From positions 40,923 to 104,922 of the IMG/VR virus record IMGVR_UViG_2824317532_000001: DNA of 64,000 nucleotides. One strand, given 5' to 3'. Source of the DNA: a virus. Its lineage: Duplodnaviria; Caudoviricetes. Positions 1 to 9,009 of this stretch are shown one piece after another (the first letter of the stretch is position 1; each line of letters opens with the position of its first letter). The translations under genes were made by a program, and so were the position numbers. The notes beneath the pieces were generated by a model. That model saw only the letters and a list, made by a program, of their open reading frames with translations, searched no databases and was not told where the DNA came from.

Positions 1-177
1 TCACCTTCACGTGGAGTCGACCTGCAACCCGTTCAGTCGTCCACCAGTCAACGGTGGAATGAAGCTTTTCGGCTTCCGGATTGAACCTCTTCGTCACTTA
101 TTAAAGGTACGTCGTTGCAACCAACGGCGCGTCGCTCAAATGGATGGTTGCAATCCATTCCGGAAAGGCTGGACGCC

Positions 178-1203
178 ATGGCCGACGACATTGTTTTACC
201 CGGTACCGCAGCCGTTGTCGCAACCGACGACATCGGCTCCGGCCGACAGGTCCAGCTCGTCAAGCCCGCGTTCGGGGCAGACGGCAGCGCGACCATGGTG
301 TCCGGTAGCAACCCGCTCCCAGTCGGCCCGCCCGCATACCAGCAGTGGTCAGGGTCGGTTACCGGCACAGGCACGCTAGTCGGCTCGTTTGACGTGTCGG
401 GCGGCTACACCGCAATCATCATCACCGTCACTGGGACCTTCAGTGGCACCACGGTGCTACAGGGCTCATTCGACGGCACTAACTGGACGACCGTGAGTCT
501 CTCCGCGATGGGAGCGTCGACGGCAGGCGTTGCCTCCAACGGCGACTTCACACAGTCGAGCACACCCAACGGCTCGAACGGCTACTACGTGCCCGTCTGG
601 TTCCGTTACTACCAGTTCGTGTGTACTGCCTATACCAGCGGCACGCGCACGTATCAGGTTGCCCTTACCGCCGCTCCGCTGCATGCGATGCGGGTCAATG
701 TCGCGAACTCGTCGCTGTCGGTCTCTTCCTCGGCGACCGGTACTACGACTCTGTCGGACGCCCAGGCCAATACGCCGTGGAGCACCGTGGGTTCGCTCGG
801 GCTGGGCTTTAACGGTGCCACCTGGTCCCGGCAGCGACTGGCGAACATCTTCAAGTCGGTCACCGCGACAGCCTCGGGTGACACGGCGGTGTGGACGCCG
901 ACGTCGGGTAAGCGCTGGCAGTTGCTGCGCTTCCAGTTGTTCGCTACCGCTGATGCCGCGCAGTCGAGCGGCGGGGTGATCACCGTTACGCTGCGGGACG
1001 TCACCACCTCCACCGGACTCGCCATCCCCGTCTACGTACCCGCTACCGGTGGGACCGCGCTGGGCGGCTGGTCGTCGGGCTGGATCGACGTCGGCCCGTA
1101 CGGCGTCCGCGCGGCAGCGATCAACACCAACCTGAACGTGAACCTCAGCGCAGCGCTCACTGCTGGGGCGATTGGCGTGGTGGCGGCTGGCACGGAAGAA
1201 TGA
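178..1203 (+). CDS. Putative virion structural/decoration protein (Thr/Ser/Gly-rich, beta-rich)
   Basis: ATG at 178 follows GAAAGG RBS; high GC3; composition typical of virion proteins; lies upstream of neck/tail genes. Confidence 0.65.
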   Translation: MADDIVLPGTAAVVATDDIGSGRQVQLVKPAFGADGSATMVSGSNPLPVGPPAYQQWSGSVTGTGTLVGSFDVSGGYTAIIITVTGTFSGTTVLQGSFDGTNWTTVSLSAMGASTAGVASNGDFTQSSTPNGSNGYYVPVWFRYYQFVCTAYTSGTRTYQVALTAAPLHAMRVNVANSSLSVSSSATGTTTLSDAQANTPWSTVGSLGLGFNGATWSRQRLANIFKSVTATASGDTAVWTPTSGKRWQLLRFQLFATADAAQSSGGVITVTLRDVTTSTGLAIPVYVPATGGTALGGWSSGWIDVGPYGVRAAAINTNLNVNLSAALTAGAIGVVAAGTEE

Positions 1204-1806
1204 TCAGGCAGCCTTCGACCGCCGGGGCTTGCGTTTCTTGAACGTGTCAATAAGCGCCACACTGTTGCGCCGAAGGTGAATCTCTGGCGCGGACTGCCCA
1301 GGGATGTCGTAGGCCCGGAACGGCATCCCTGTAGCCCTGCAAAGGGCTGACAAGGCTGTGGTTTCACGCGTCCGCACAACAACATGCCCGTCGACAGTGA
1401 CATAACCGTCGCTGTCGACCATCCCGGAGATGATCGCCAAGCATTCATCGGATGGGTAGCTGACGGTTCCTTCCCGGAGCGCCTGCCTATCTGCGATGAG
1501 TTGAGACACGAGCGGCTTGCTACGAATCCGCATGGTGAAACCGTTGAAGCAGTAGTCCTTCGGCAAGCCCTTGATGGTTGAGGTTGAAAAATTGGTTCGA
1601 GTTACAGGCCGATAGTTCACCGGCTTTTTGACAATTCTCGCAAGGGCCATTGTGAATCTGGACATGAAGACTTCATCCTTGCACTCCATTGAGATGGTGT
1701 ATCGCGTGTAGTACTTTCCGTTCCAGCTTTTTTCGCGGGTCAGGAAAAGAGATGCGTCGCCCAGCGTCACGCCAAGAATGTATGCATAGGGATTTTCTTC
1801 TAGCAC
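1204..1806 (-). CDS. Free-standing double-motif LAGLIDADG homing endonuclease-like protein
   Basis: Two LAGLIDADG-like helices (AYILGVTLGDASL; AIISGMVDSDGYV); lower GC than flanks; TACAAT -10 box 6 nt before GTG (leaderless); no intein splicing motifs. Confidence 0.75.
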   Translation of the reverse strand: MLEENPYAYILGVTLGDASLFLTREKSWNGKYYTRYTISMECKDEVFMSRFTMALARIVKKPVNYRPVTRTNFSTSTIKGLPKDYCFNGFTMRIRSKPLVSQLIADRQALREGTVSYPSDECLAIISGMVDSDGYVTVDGHVVVRTRETTALSALCRATGMPFRAYDIPGQSAPEIHLRRNSVALIDTFKKRKPRRSKAA

Positions 1807-1890
1807 GTATAAATTGTATCCGCTTTGGCCTCTGAACCTCAGTGCCTAATGGGGTGACAGGCACCTGATGCAAGCCAAGAGCGGGGAGGT

Positions 1891-3432
1891 GTGGGCGTGT
1901 CCCTGCTGCTGCTGTTCAATCAGGGTGGCGGCGGTAGCGGAGGCACCCACAACGCCGACGCCACCCTCACCGCCTCCGGCAGCCTCGCCGCGACAGCCAC
2001 CCAGGACACGAGCACCACCGCCACCCTCGCCGCCACCGGAACACTGGCGGCCGCCGGCGAACGCACCCAGGCGGCGACGGCAACGCTCAACGCGACCGGC
2101 GAGCTCACCAGCACCGGTGTTCGCGCCCAAGACACGACGGCCACGCTGGCGGCGACGGGCGCTCTGGCAGGCAGCGGCCTCCGCTCCACCGACGCCACCG
2201 CCACCCTGGCAGCAACCGGCACGCTCACCGCCGATGGTGAGATCCCTGGTCAGCTCCAGCATGTATTCACCGACCAGACGCCGACCATCACCGACGCGTC
2301 GGACGGCACTCCTGGCATCACCTTCGGCACCACGATTCGGTCCGCAGTGGACGGCTACGTCACCGGCGTCCGCTGGTACACCACCACCACGACCAGCGGC
2401 ACCTACATCGGCGCGCTCTACGAGGTCACCGCCGCCGACGACCCCACCCCGGCCGGCACCGAACTAGCGCAGAAGACCCTGGTGGGCTCGCCAACGAGCA
2501 GCGGCTGGAACAGCATCACCTTCGACTCGCCGGTCCCGATCACCGCCGGCGTCCTCTACCGCGCCGCCGTCCACAGCAGCGCCGGCCGGTACGTGTACTC
2601 GGCCAACGTGCACAACAGCGACATCACCAACGGCGACCTGATCGCCGATGCCGCCGGTGACGACCCGGTCGGGCTTGGCACGCTCAGGCAGGCCACGTTC
2701 ACGATCTCGGCCGGACTCGCCTACCCGGCCACCGGCGCCGGGAGCAACGGCAGCTACTTCGCCGACTGGGACTTCGTCGCCGACGCACTACCGGTCGAGG
2801 GCAGCGCCACCCTGGCCGCCACGGGCGGTCTCACAGCGGCCGGGGACCGTACCGCGGTCGCCACCGTCACTCTCTCCGGCAGCGGAAGCCTGGCAGCCGC
2901 CGCCGACCGCAGCCAGTTCGCCGACACCACACTCTCCGGCACCGGCACCCTCAACGCCACGGCGGCACTAGCTGCGGCCGATGCCGCCACGCTTTCGGCC
3001 TCAGGCGCGCTGGCTGCGACGGCGGCCCGGGAGACGTCCGACACTGCGACTCTGTCCGTTCAGGGCGCTCTCACTGCTGCCTCGACAGTCGAGCGGGTCA
3101 CTCTGGCGACGTTCGCCGGCACTGCTGCCCTCGCCGCGATAGGCGAGGTAGCGAACGAGCAGGCGGCAACGCTGGCGGCGTCCGCCAGTCTCACCGCCTC
3201 CGCGACTATCGCGCACAGTACGGCCGGGACGTTCGCTGCCGTCGGATCTTTGACGGCGGAGGCCGGATCATCCGTGTCCGCGACAGCAGTGCTAGCCGGA
3301 ACCGGAACCCTGTCCGCCGCTACGGTCACCCGGCGGCAGCCAGGCCGGTACACGACCGGCTCCACCCGGCCCCGAATCACCGCAGGCTCGGTACGGGCCG
3401 GCACCTACCGGACGGGAGGCGTCGATGGGTAG
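1891..3432 (+). CDS. Virion protein with central DUF4082-like domain flanked by Ala/Thr-rich ~17-aa repeats
   Basis: GITFGTTIRSAVDGYVTGVRWY...GWNSITFDSPVPITAG resembles DUF4082; repeats of ATATLAATGxLxA; GGAGGT RBS (start may be GTG 1897). Confidence 0.7.
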   Translation: MGVSLLLLFNQGGGGSGGTHNADATLTASGSLAATATQDTSTTATLAATGTLAAAGERTQAATATLNATGELTSTGVRAQDTTATLAATGALAGSGLRSTDATATLAATGTLTADGEIPGQLQHVFTDQTPTITDASDGTPGITFGTTIRSAVDGYVTGVRWYTTTTTSGTYIGALYEVTAADDPTPAGTELAQKTLVGSPTSSGWNSITFDSPVPITAGVLYRAAVHSSAGRYVYSANVHNSDITNGDLIADAAGDDPVGLGTLRQATFTISAGLAYPATGAGSNGSYFADWDFVADALPVEGSATLAATGGLTAAGDRTAVATVTLSGSGSLAAAADRSQFADTTLSGTGTLNATAALAAADAATLSASGALAATAARETSDTATLSVQGALTAASTVERVTLATFAGTAALAAIGEVANEQAATLAASASLTASATIAHSTAGTFAAVGSLTAEAGSSVSATAVLAGTGTLSAATVTRRQPGRYTTGSTRPRITAGSVRAGTYRTGGVDG

Positions 3433-4192
3433 CGACCTTGGAGTCGGTGACGCGGATCTGCCGTACATCACCGTGTTGCCGGCCGACACGGACACGGTGG
3501 CGACGCTAACCGCGACCGCCCCGGACGGCACCAGCACCGACGTTCCGGTCTCGGGTGGCGCGCTGGAGCCGGTAGCGGGCACGGATCCGGCCGAGTCACG
3601 GCAGACGTGGACCGCCGACGACCCGCTCGAATACACGCAGCCCGGCCGGTGGGTCCTCACCTGGACCGTCACGGGCACCGGCGAAGGCGTCGAAGACGTC
3701 GAGGTCTTCGTGGTCGCCTCACCCACAGCGGGCGGGCCGACCTGGACACCGGGCCGGTCGCGGGTCGCGAACTACGTGCCCCATCGCACTCTCGTCCGGT
3801 CCGCTGCCAGCACCGTCACATCCGAAGACGAACACGCCTACACGTTCGATGAGACGACCACCCCCACCGGCCGGCAAGTCGACGCACTCATCGTCGACTC
3901 GGCAGCCTGGGTGTCGGCACGGGTCCCCAACCTGACCGCCACCCACCACGCACTCGCCCGTGCCGCCGCCGCACTCCTGAGCGCCGCCTGGGTGGAACGG
4001 TCCTGGCCGAACGACGACCAGTCTTTGCAGCGCGCCAACGACATGGAGCGCCGGGCCGATCTGTTGATGGCCGATCTGGTGTCGGCGTCGAACACGGAGA
4101 CGGACTCCGGGGACTTCGGCCTGGACATCGCCTACCCGGTGTGGTCATTTCCAGTTGCCGACCCGCGCTACGACGACGCCAGCTACTGGTAG
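3425..4192 (+). CDS. Putative head-to-tail adaptor/neck protein
   Basis: Coupled to upstream gene; N-terminal Ig-like beta region and helical C-terminal part; position before gp10-like and terminator genes. Confidence 0.55.
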   Translation: MGSDLGVGDADLPYITVLPADTDTVATLTATAPDGTSTDVPVSGGALEPVAGTDPAESRQTWTADDPLEYTQPGRWVLTWTVTGTGEGVEDVEVFVVASPTAGGPTWTPGRSRVANYVPHRTLVRSAASTVTSEDEHAYTFDETTTPTGRQVDALIVDSAAWVSARVPNLTATHHALARAAAALLSAAWVERSWPNDDQSLQRANDMERRADLLMADLVSASNTETDSGDFGLDIAYPVWSFPVADPRYDDASYW

Positions 4193-4368
4193 CCGCCCGC
4201 CTCAACCTCCTGTCCGGCGATGGCCTCCGCCTGCAACGGCTCGAACGCGATCACGATGGCAAGCTGCTCGGCCCGATCCTCCGGGCTGTCCGGGTAATCA
4301 GGCATGGCCCGGCGGCGCTCGGCGGCGGCGGCCCGGAGTTCTCGCAGGCGTCGGCGCGGCTCAGTCAT
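4183..4368 (-). CDS. Small hypothetical protein
   Basis: ATGA overlap with upstream minus-strand gene; GC3-rich. Confidence 0.5.
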   Translation of the reverse strand: MTEPRRRLRELRAAAAERRRAMPDYPDSPEDRAEQLAIVIAFEPLQAEAIAGQEVEAGGYQ

Positions 4369-4691
4369 TCAGGTAGCCGCCACTCGTCACGGAAGTCCGG
4401 GTGGCCGGCGAACGGCTGCACGAGATGTCGAATCGCGCGGGTTTCGCCAGCCTCCCACGAGTACTCATCGAGGATGGCCCGCTTCGCCGCGATGTCGGCC
4501 AGCACGTGGTCCGGATTCCACGCGGCGATATGCACCGCGTCGCCGGGTTCAAGCGGGCCGACGGTGCGGTGGTGGTAGCCGGGCGGTGTGACGTACTCAC
4601 GGCTCCACACCCATAGCCCGGCAGTCGCCTGCTGGGCGATCTGCTCAGCCTCGTCGAGCCGCGCCCGGTAGAACTCGATCAGGTCGTCCAC
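4365..4691 (-). CDS. DUF6221-like protein
   Basis: MDDLIEFYRARLDE...HIAAWNPDHVLADIAAKRAIL...FAGHPDFRDEW signature; GGAG RBS. Confidence 0.75.
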   Translation of the reverse strand: MDDLIEFYRARLDEAEQIAQQATAGLWVWSREYVTPPGYHHRTVGPLEPGDAVHIAAWNPDHVLADIAAKRAILDEYSWEAGETRAIRHLVQPFAGHPDFRDEWRLPE

Positions 4692-4776
4692 GTGTCTCCT
4701 CTACTTGGCAGCAGCTTCGCACTACTTCACACCCAACATCGCACAGGTGCGAGGTAGTGCGAAGCTCGCGGCAGGC

Positions 4777-4995
4777 TCACTCGCCGTCGAGACCCGGATG
4801 GCCGAGTTCGTCGAACACCTCCGCCCGGATCGCCCGCCGCAGCGACCACAACTGGGCATTCGCGAGCTCCGCGTCGCCGCCATAGTGACGGGCGAGCGCA
4901 CCGGTGACAACCAGCCACACGTCGAGGCCAATCGCCCAGCCTTCGGCTTCCAGCGCCTCGTCGTCGTAGCCCTCGGGCTGAGTCGGACCGGGCAT
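4777..4995 (-). CDS. Small acidic hypothetical protein
   Basis: AAGGAG RBS before ATG; same operon as the GIY-YIG gene. Confidence 0.55.
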   Translation of the reverse strand: MPGPTQPEGYDDEALEAEGWAIGLDVWLVVTGALARHYGGDAELANAQLWSLRRAIRAEVFDELGHPGLDGE

Positions 4996-5122
4996 GTCTT
5001 CTCCTTCGGTGCGGTCTTGAACTTCTCACCGACGAGCAGCGGGCGGCATCGCTCGTCGAGGTGTTCTGCTCTTCCGGATCTTCACGTCGGCCGCGTCGAG
5101 CGAAGCGAGCGCGTGCAGTCGG

Positions 5123-5665
5123 TTACTGCGGATAGCTCATCTCCAGCCGCGCATGGTTGGCGTCGAGGCACCAGTCACAGTTGCACCCAGCGATGCGGTA
5201 GATCGCGTCCTCCCACTCCTCCTTCCACTCGTGCCCAATGATGCAGCGATAGCGGATCGTGAGGTTGCCTTCGGCCCATTCCATCCGTGTTGGCAGGTGC
5301 CCACGGTGCTTGCCGGTGACCGCGTAAGCGCACTTCCAGCACGAACCGCTGAAATGGGCTGGGTCAGTAGGTGGCCCGATCACGACGGCGGCGAGTCTCC
5401 GCTTGTCGGAGTTGTAAGTGATGTTGTGAACCGGACGCTCGGTGACAATCGCGGACTTCTCGGCGGCCTCGACCTCCTTGCGGGTGTCGAAGTGCTCCAC
5501 CTTGACCGTCATAACGTCCCGCCACCAGCCTTTGAGCTTGGCGTGGTCATACCAGCGGATTCCGGGGTCGCCGGTGATGCCGATGTAGAGCAGGGCATCA
5601 GAGGCGTCGTAGAAGCGATAAAGCGTCTGATCCTGGTCGGCATCTTCTTGTGCAACGATGGTCAC
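5123..5665 (-). CDS. GIY-YIG endonuclease with C-terminal Cys/His-rich region
   Basis: LYRFYDASDALLYIGIT...R...AEKSAIVTERPVHN motif; CxxC motifs C-terminally. Confidence 0.8.
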   Translation of the reverse strand: MTIVAQEDADQDQTLYRFYDASDALLYIGITGDPGIRWYDHAKLKGWWRDVMTVKVEHFDTRKEVEAAEKSAIVTERPVHNITYNSDKRRLAAVVIGPPTDPAHFSGSCWKCAYAVTGKHRGHLPTRMEWAEGNLTIRYRCIIGHEWKEEWEDAIYRIAGCNCDWCLDANHARLEMSYPQ

Positions 5666-5806
5666 GGGTCGCCTCCCGATAGGCGGTCAAGGGCCGGGAT
5701 TACAGGAGCGCCAACTCCTGCCCGGCCCGTCTTAATTTGAGCCTTGATTATCTCACGCAAAGACGATCATTAACGCCCGCGTCACCCCGAACGGGAGGTG
5801 GCGACA

Positions 5807-6199
5807 ATGGCCTCCGTCCGCGTGACTTTCCGCCCCAACTCGCGCGGCGTGCGCCAGGCCGGGTCGTCCAACGCGATCTACCGTGAGCTGGAACGACGCG
5901 CCAACAAAGTCATCACCCTCGCCCAACAAATCGCCGCACCCCACCGCGACACCGGCGAATACCACAACTCATTCCGCACCGAACGCACACGCATTCGCGG
6001 AATGGCAGCCGTACAAGTCGTGAACGACTCAGACCATGCCGTGATCTTGGAGAACGGGTCACGTCCCCACGTCATCGAACCCAAAAACAAGAAGGCACTC
6101 GCCTGGCCCGGCGCACGACACCCGGTGCGGCGCGTCAACCACCCCGGCACGCCGGCGCTCCACGTCCTTAGACGCGCGCTGAGAGCAGCAGGTCGCTGA
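5807..6199 (+). CDS. HK97 gp10-like neck/tail-completion protein
   Basis: AP.RDTGEY..SF...HAVILENGSRPHVIEPK...VNHPGTPA motif; GGAGG RBS. Confidence 0.75.
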   Translation: MASVRVTFRPNSRGVRQAGSSNAIYRELERRANKVITLAQQIAAPHRDTGEYHNSFRTERTRIRGMAAVQVVNDSDHAVILENGSRPHVIEPKNKKALAWPGARHPVRRVNHPGTPALHVLRRALRAAGR

Positions 6200-6588
6200 T
6201 GGCCGAGTACGCAGACCCCGAACTCATCATCAGCGAGTGGCTGGCTACCGTCACCGGGCTAAAGATCTGGTGCGATCCCAACCTGCCACCGAACCTCCGG
6301 TTTACGGCAGCGTTCAACCACCTGCAACGCGCGCCCGGCACCGACGACCTGGCGGTCAGCCTCGATGAGCCGCTGTTCGACGTCGACACCTACGCCGCCG
6401 AAGCCGCCCACGCCCGGAACGCCGCCCACACCATCTGGCAGGCGATGACGTTCCTGCTCCCCCGGCACACCTTCGCAAACGGGATCTTTGTGAAGCGAGT
6501 GAAGGCGTCACCGCCCTGCTGGTCACCCGACCCGACGGTCTACCGGCGCACCGCCTCATACCGCGTGCTCCTGCACGGCGTCATCTAA
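6199..6588 (+). CDS. Tail terminator-like protein
   Basis: Synteny; QRAPG...DVDTYA...YRVLL pattern of actinophage terminators. Confidence 0.65.
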   Translation: MAEYADPELIISEWLATVTGLKIWCDPNLPPNLRFTAAFNHLQRAPGTDDLAVSLDEPLFDVDTYAAEAAHARNAAHTIWQAMTFLLPRHTFANGIFVKRVKASPPCWSPDPTVYRRTASYRVLLHGVI

Positions 6589-6657
6589 CCCACCAATACT
6601 TCCCCACTACCCGGACGGCGGCGCCGTGTCGGGCCTTTCTGCATGCCCGGAGGAACC

Positions 6658-7170
6658 ATGTCGCTGACCAGCCGAATCACCATTGCCGCGTCCGCAATGC
6701 AGACCGCCGCCCTAGACCTGGGCTCCGCGTCCGCCCAGCTGGCCAAGAGCTACATGACGGACCTCACTGACGGTACGTCCGCCGGCCAGGCGAACCGGAT
6801 CTTCCACGACACGCGCACGCTCGCCGCGAGTTCGTCTGAGGACATCGACCTGGCGGGTGTGCTCACTGACGCGTTCGGGTCCACCATCACGCTCGCCCGG
6901 GTCAAGGGCCTGATCATCGCGGCGGCAGCGGCGAACACCAACAACGTGCTCGTGGGTGGAGCCTCGGCGACGCAGTTCGTGTCCTGGAACGGCGGTGCCA
7001 CGCACACGGTGACTGTCCGCCCGGGGGCGGTGTTCGCTCTGGTGGCCGGGTCCGCCGACGCGACCGGCTACGTGACGGCCGCCGGCTCTACCGACCTGTT
7101 GAAGATCGCGAACTCGTCGTCGGGCACGAGCGTCACCTACGACATCGTGGTCATCGGCTGCTCTGCCTGA
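6658..7170 (+). CDS. Conserved virion protein of unknown function
   Basis: GGAGG RBS; beta-rich Ala/Thr protein between terminator and major tail. Confidence 0.6.
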   Translation: MSLTSRITIAASAMQTAALDLGSASAQLAKSYMTDLTDGTSAGQANRIFHDTRTLAASSSEDIDLAGVLTDAFGSTITLARVKGLIIAAAAANTNNVLVGGASATQFVSWNGGATHTVTVRPGAVFALVAGSADATGYVTAAGSTDLLKIANSSSGTSVTYDIVVIGCSA

Positions 7171-7241
7171 TCCTTCTCGGCTTTCCGAATTCCCTACCCG
7201 GCGACCGCCGGGCCTTTGCCATGCCACAAGGAGGCTGACCC

Positions 7242-7802
7242 ATGGCGGTCGACATCACCCTGATCAGGGCGTACACCAACGGGGCCGTATACACCACCAG
7301 CTCTTCGGCGGTCACCGCTACCGCACCGACCGACGCGGGCTCCTCGCTCGACCCCGATTTCCAGGAGGTCGGCGCGATCTCCGAGGACGGCATCACCGAA
7401 TCCACCAGCCAGGACCGGACCGATGTGTTCATCTGGCAGAACAACACACTCGCCCGTCGTATCCCCGGTCAGACGACCAAAACCTGGACCCTGGCAGCGA
7501 GTGAAACGAACCTGATGACGCTGGGGGTTCAGTTCGCGGGCTCGACCATCACCCAGACAGCCGAGGGTGTTTCGATCGAGGAGAAGGCACCCGGAACCGA
7601 CATCCGTCAGTGGGTGCTGCACGGCATCGACGGCAGCGATCTGCAGCGCATCTACGTTCCGCTCGGTGAGGTGACCGAGCGGGGCGACGTGGTGTGGTCG
7701 GCGGCCGGGGTCACTGTCTACGAGTGGACCTTGAGCGCCTACGCCGACCCTTCGGGAAATTTCGCGTACCGGTACATCGCGTCAGACGCGCTTGCCCTCT
7801 GA
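7242..7802 (+). CDS. Major tail protein
   Basis: VGAISEDGIT...WQ...ETN...IYVPLGEVTERGDV...YEWTLSAY motifs; AGGAGG RBS. Confidence 0.85.
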   Translation: MAVDITLIRAYTNGAVYTTSSSAVTATAPTDAGSSLDPDFQEVGAISEDGITESTSQDRTDVFIWQNNTLARRIPGQTTKTWTLAASETNLMTLGVQFAGSTITQTAEGVSIEEKAPGTDIRQWVLHGIDGSDLQRIYVPLGEVTERGDVVWSAAGVTVYEWTLSAYADPSGNFAYRYIASDALAL

Positions 7803-7878
7803 CCCCCTATTCGACGTCGCCGGTCCCGCGCGGGTGACCGGCGGCGTCTCCTACCCGCGTACTCGCGCAAGGAGTGTC

Positions 7879-8241
7879 ATGACAGCAGTACAGATCATGC
7901 CCGGCGGGGAAGGCTCCGCCGGATACATCGCCACCCTCGCCGGTGTCAGCCTGCCCATCGACTCGTACGCCGCCGAACCCGACGCCGAGGGCAGGCTGAT
8001 CGTGTCGCTGGCCGTGTTCGCGGACAGCCTGCAGATCGGTGTGCCGCCGCGTCGTTCCGATCTGGAGTCCACGCGGCGCATGGAGACACCCAACCAGCCG
8101 CCGGTCAGCACGTGGGGCGACCCGCGCCAACCGGATCCGCGGGCGAACATTCCGGGCTGGCAGCCACCACCCGCGAGAGCGGATGCGGGCCGCGGGCAGA
8201 CCGGCGAGTACCCGCCCGTGTCGCACCGGAGGGCACAGTGA
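7879..8241 (+). CDS. Hypothetical protein between major tail and chaperone
   Basis: AAGGAG RBS, ATG 7879, GTGA overlap with the chaperone gene. Confidence 0.55.
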   Translation: MTAVQIMPGGEGSAGYIATLAGVSLPIDSYAAEPDAEGRLIVSLAVFADSLQIGVPPRRSDLESTRRMETPNQPPVSTWGDPRQPDPRANIPGWQPPPARADAGRGQTGEYPPVSHRRAQ

Positions 8242-8729
8242 CCGAGTTCGCGCCGCCCCCCGGCCAGGGCTACGACCTACAGCGCACCTACGCCGAAAAC
8301 AAGCCCGATTTCTGGTTCCGGTGGGCCGACCGCTGGTGGCGGCTACCGAACATGCACATGCTCGACTTTGATATCCAAGTCGACGTCATGGGCTTCCAAG
8401 GCCGGGTGTCGGAAGACAACCCCGACGTCAACGCCTTGAAGGCGATGGTCAACGACCTGTTCGACCTCATCATGGACGCCGGACATGAAGGCCAGGCCTC
8501 CGACTGGCGGGCCGTGAAGCCCCGGCCGCTGCCGATGCTGATGGACCTGCTGTCCCAGTGGTCCGAACAATCTGGCGTCGATGAGGGGGAATCCTCGGCC
8601 TCCACCAGCTCCTCACCGAGCACGGGGAGGCCATCGAAGCGGACCTCGAAGCCGTCTACGGCATCCGGCTCGGCGCGGCGCTCTACGGCCCGACCGCGGG
8701 AGGCCGGCGCACTGCCCGCGAACTCCTAG
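8238..8729 (+). CDS. Tail assembly chaperone (gpG-like, unshifted product)
   Basis: GGAGG RBS + GTG 8238; just upstream of tape measure; Ser-rich tail after slippery site. Confidence 0.75.
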   Translation: MTEFAPPPGQGYDLQRTYAENKPDFWFRWADRWWRLPNMHMLDFDIQVDVMGFQGRVSEDNPDVNALKAMVNDLFDLIMDAGHEGQASDWRAVKPRPLPMLMDLLSQWSEQSGVDEGESSASTSSSPSTGRPSKRTSKPSTASGSARRSTARPREAGALPANS

Positions 8730-8992
8730 TCCGGATCAAATACTTGCCGTCCGGTGGCGCCTTGGACCGGGCACGGCGGGGTCCGATGGCTGAGTGGGGT
8801 GTCAATGAGTTCCTGCTTCGCCAGATCGATCTGCGCCTGGCGGGCGCGAACTGGCAGCGCGGCGGCGGTAAGGGGCAGAAACCGAAACCGGTCGAGCTAC
8901 CGAAGCAGAAGGTGCCACGGACGAAACCGGCGGGCCCGGATGTCGCGCAGCGGCTGATGAATCTCGGACTGATCCCGCCTGGCGGTAGCTGA
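8238..8992 (+). CDS. Tail assembly chaperone gpGT (programmed -1 frameshift at GGGGGAA 8585-8591)
   Basis: -1 frame is open from the slippery site to 8992 and reads GILGLHQLLTEHGEAIEADLEAVYGIRL...LAGANWQRGGGKG..PKP, typical gpT sequence. Confidence 0.8.
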
Positions 8993-9009
8993 ATCAGCGG
9001 GTCGGGGGT

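Noticed and set aside
1204-1806. Intein or group I intron
   Set aside because: Opposite strand to the flanking genes, which are complete ORFs; no splicing motifs seen
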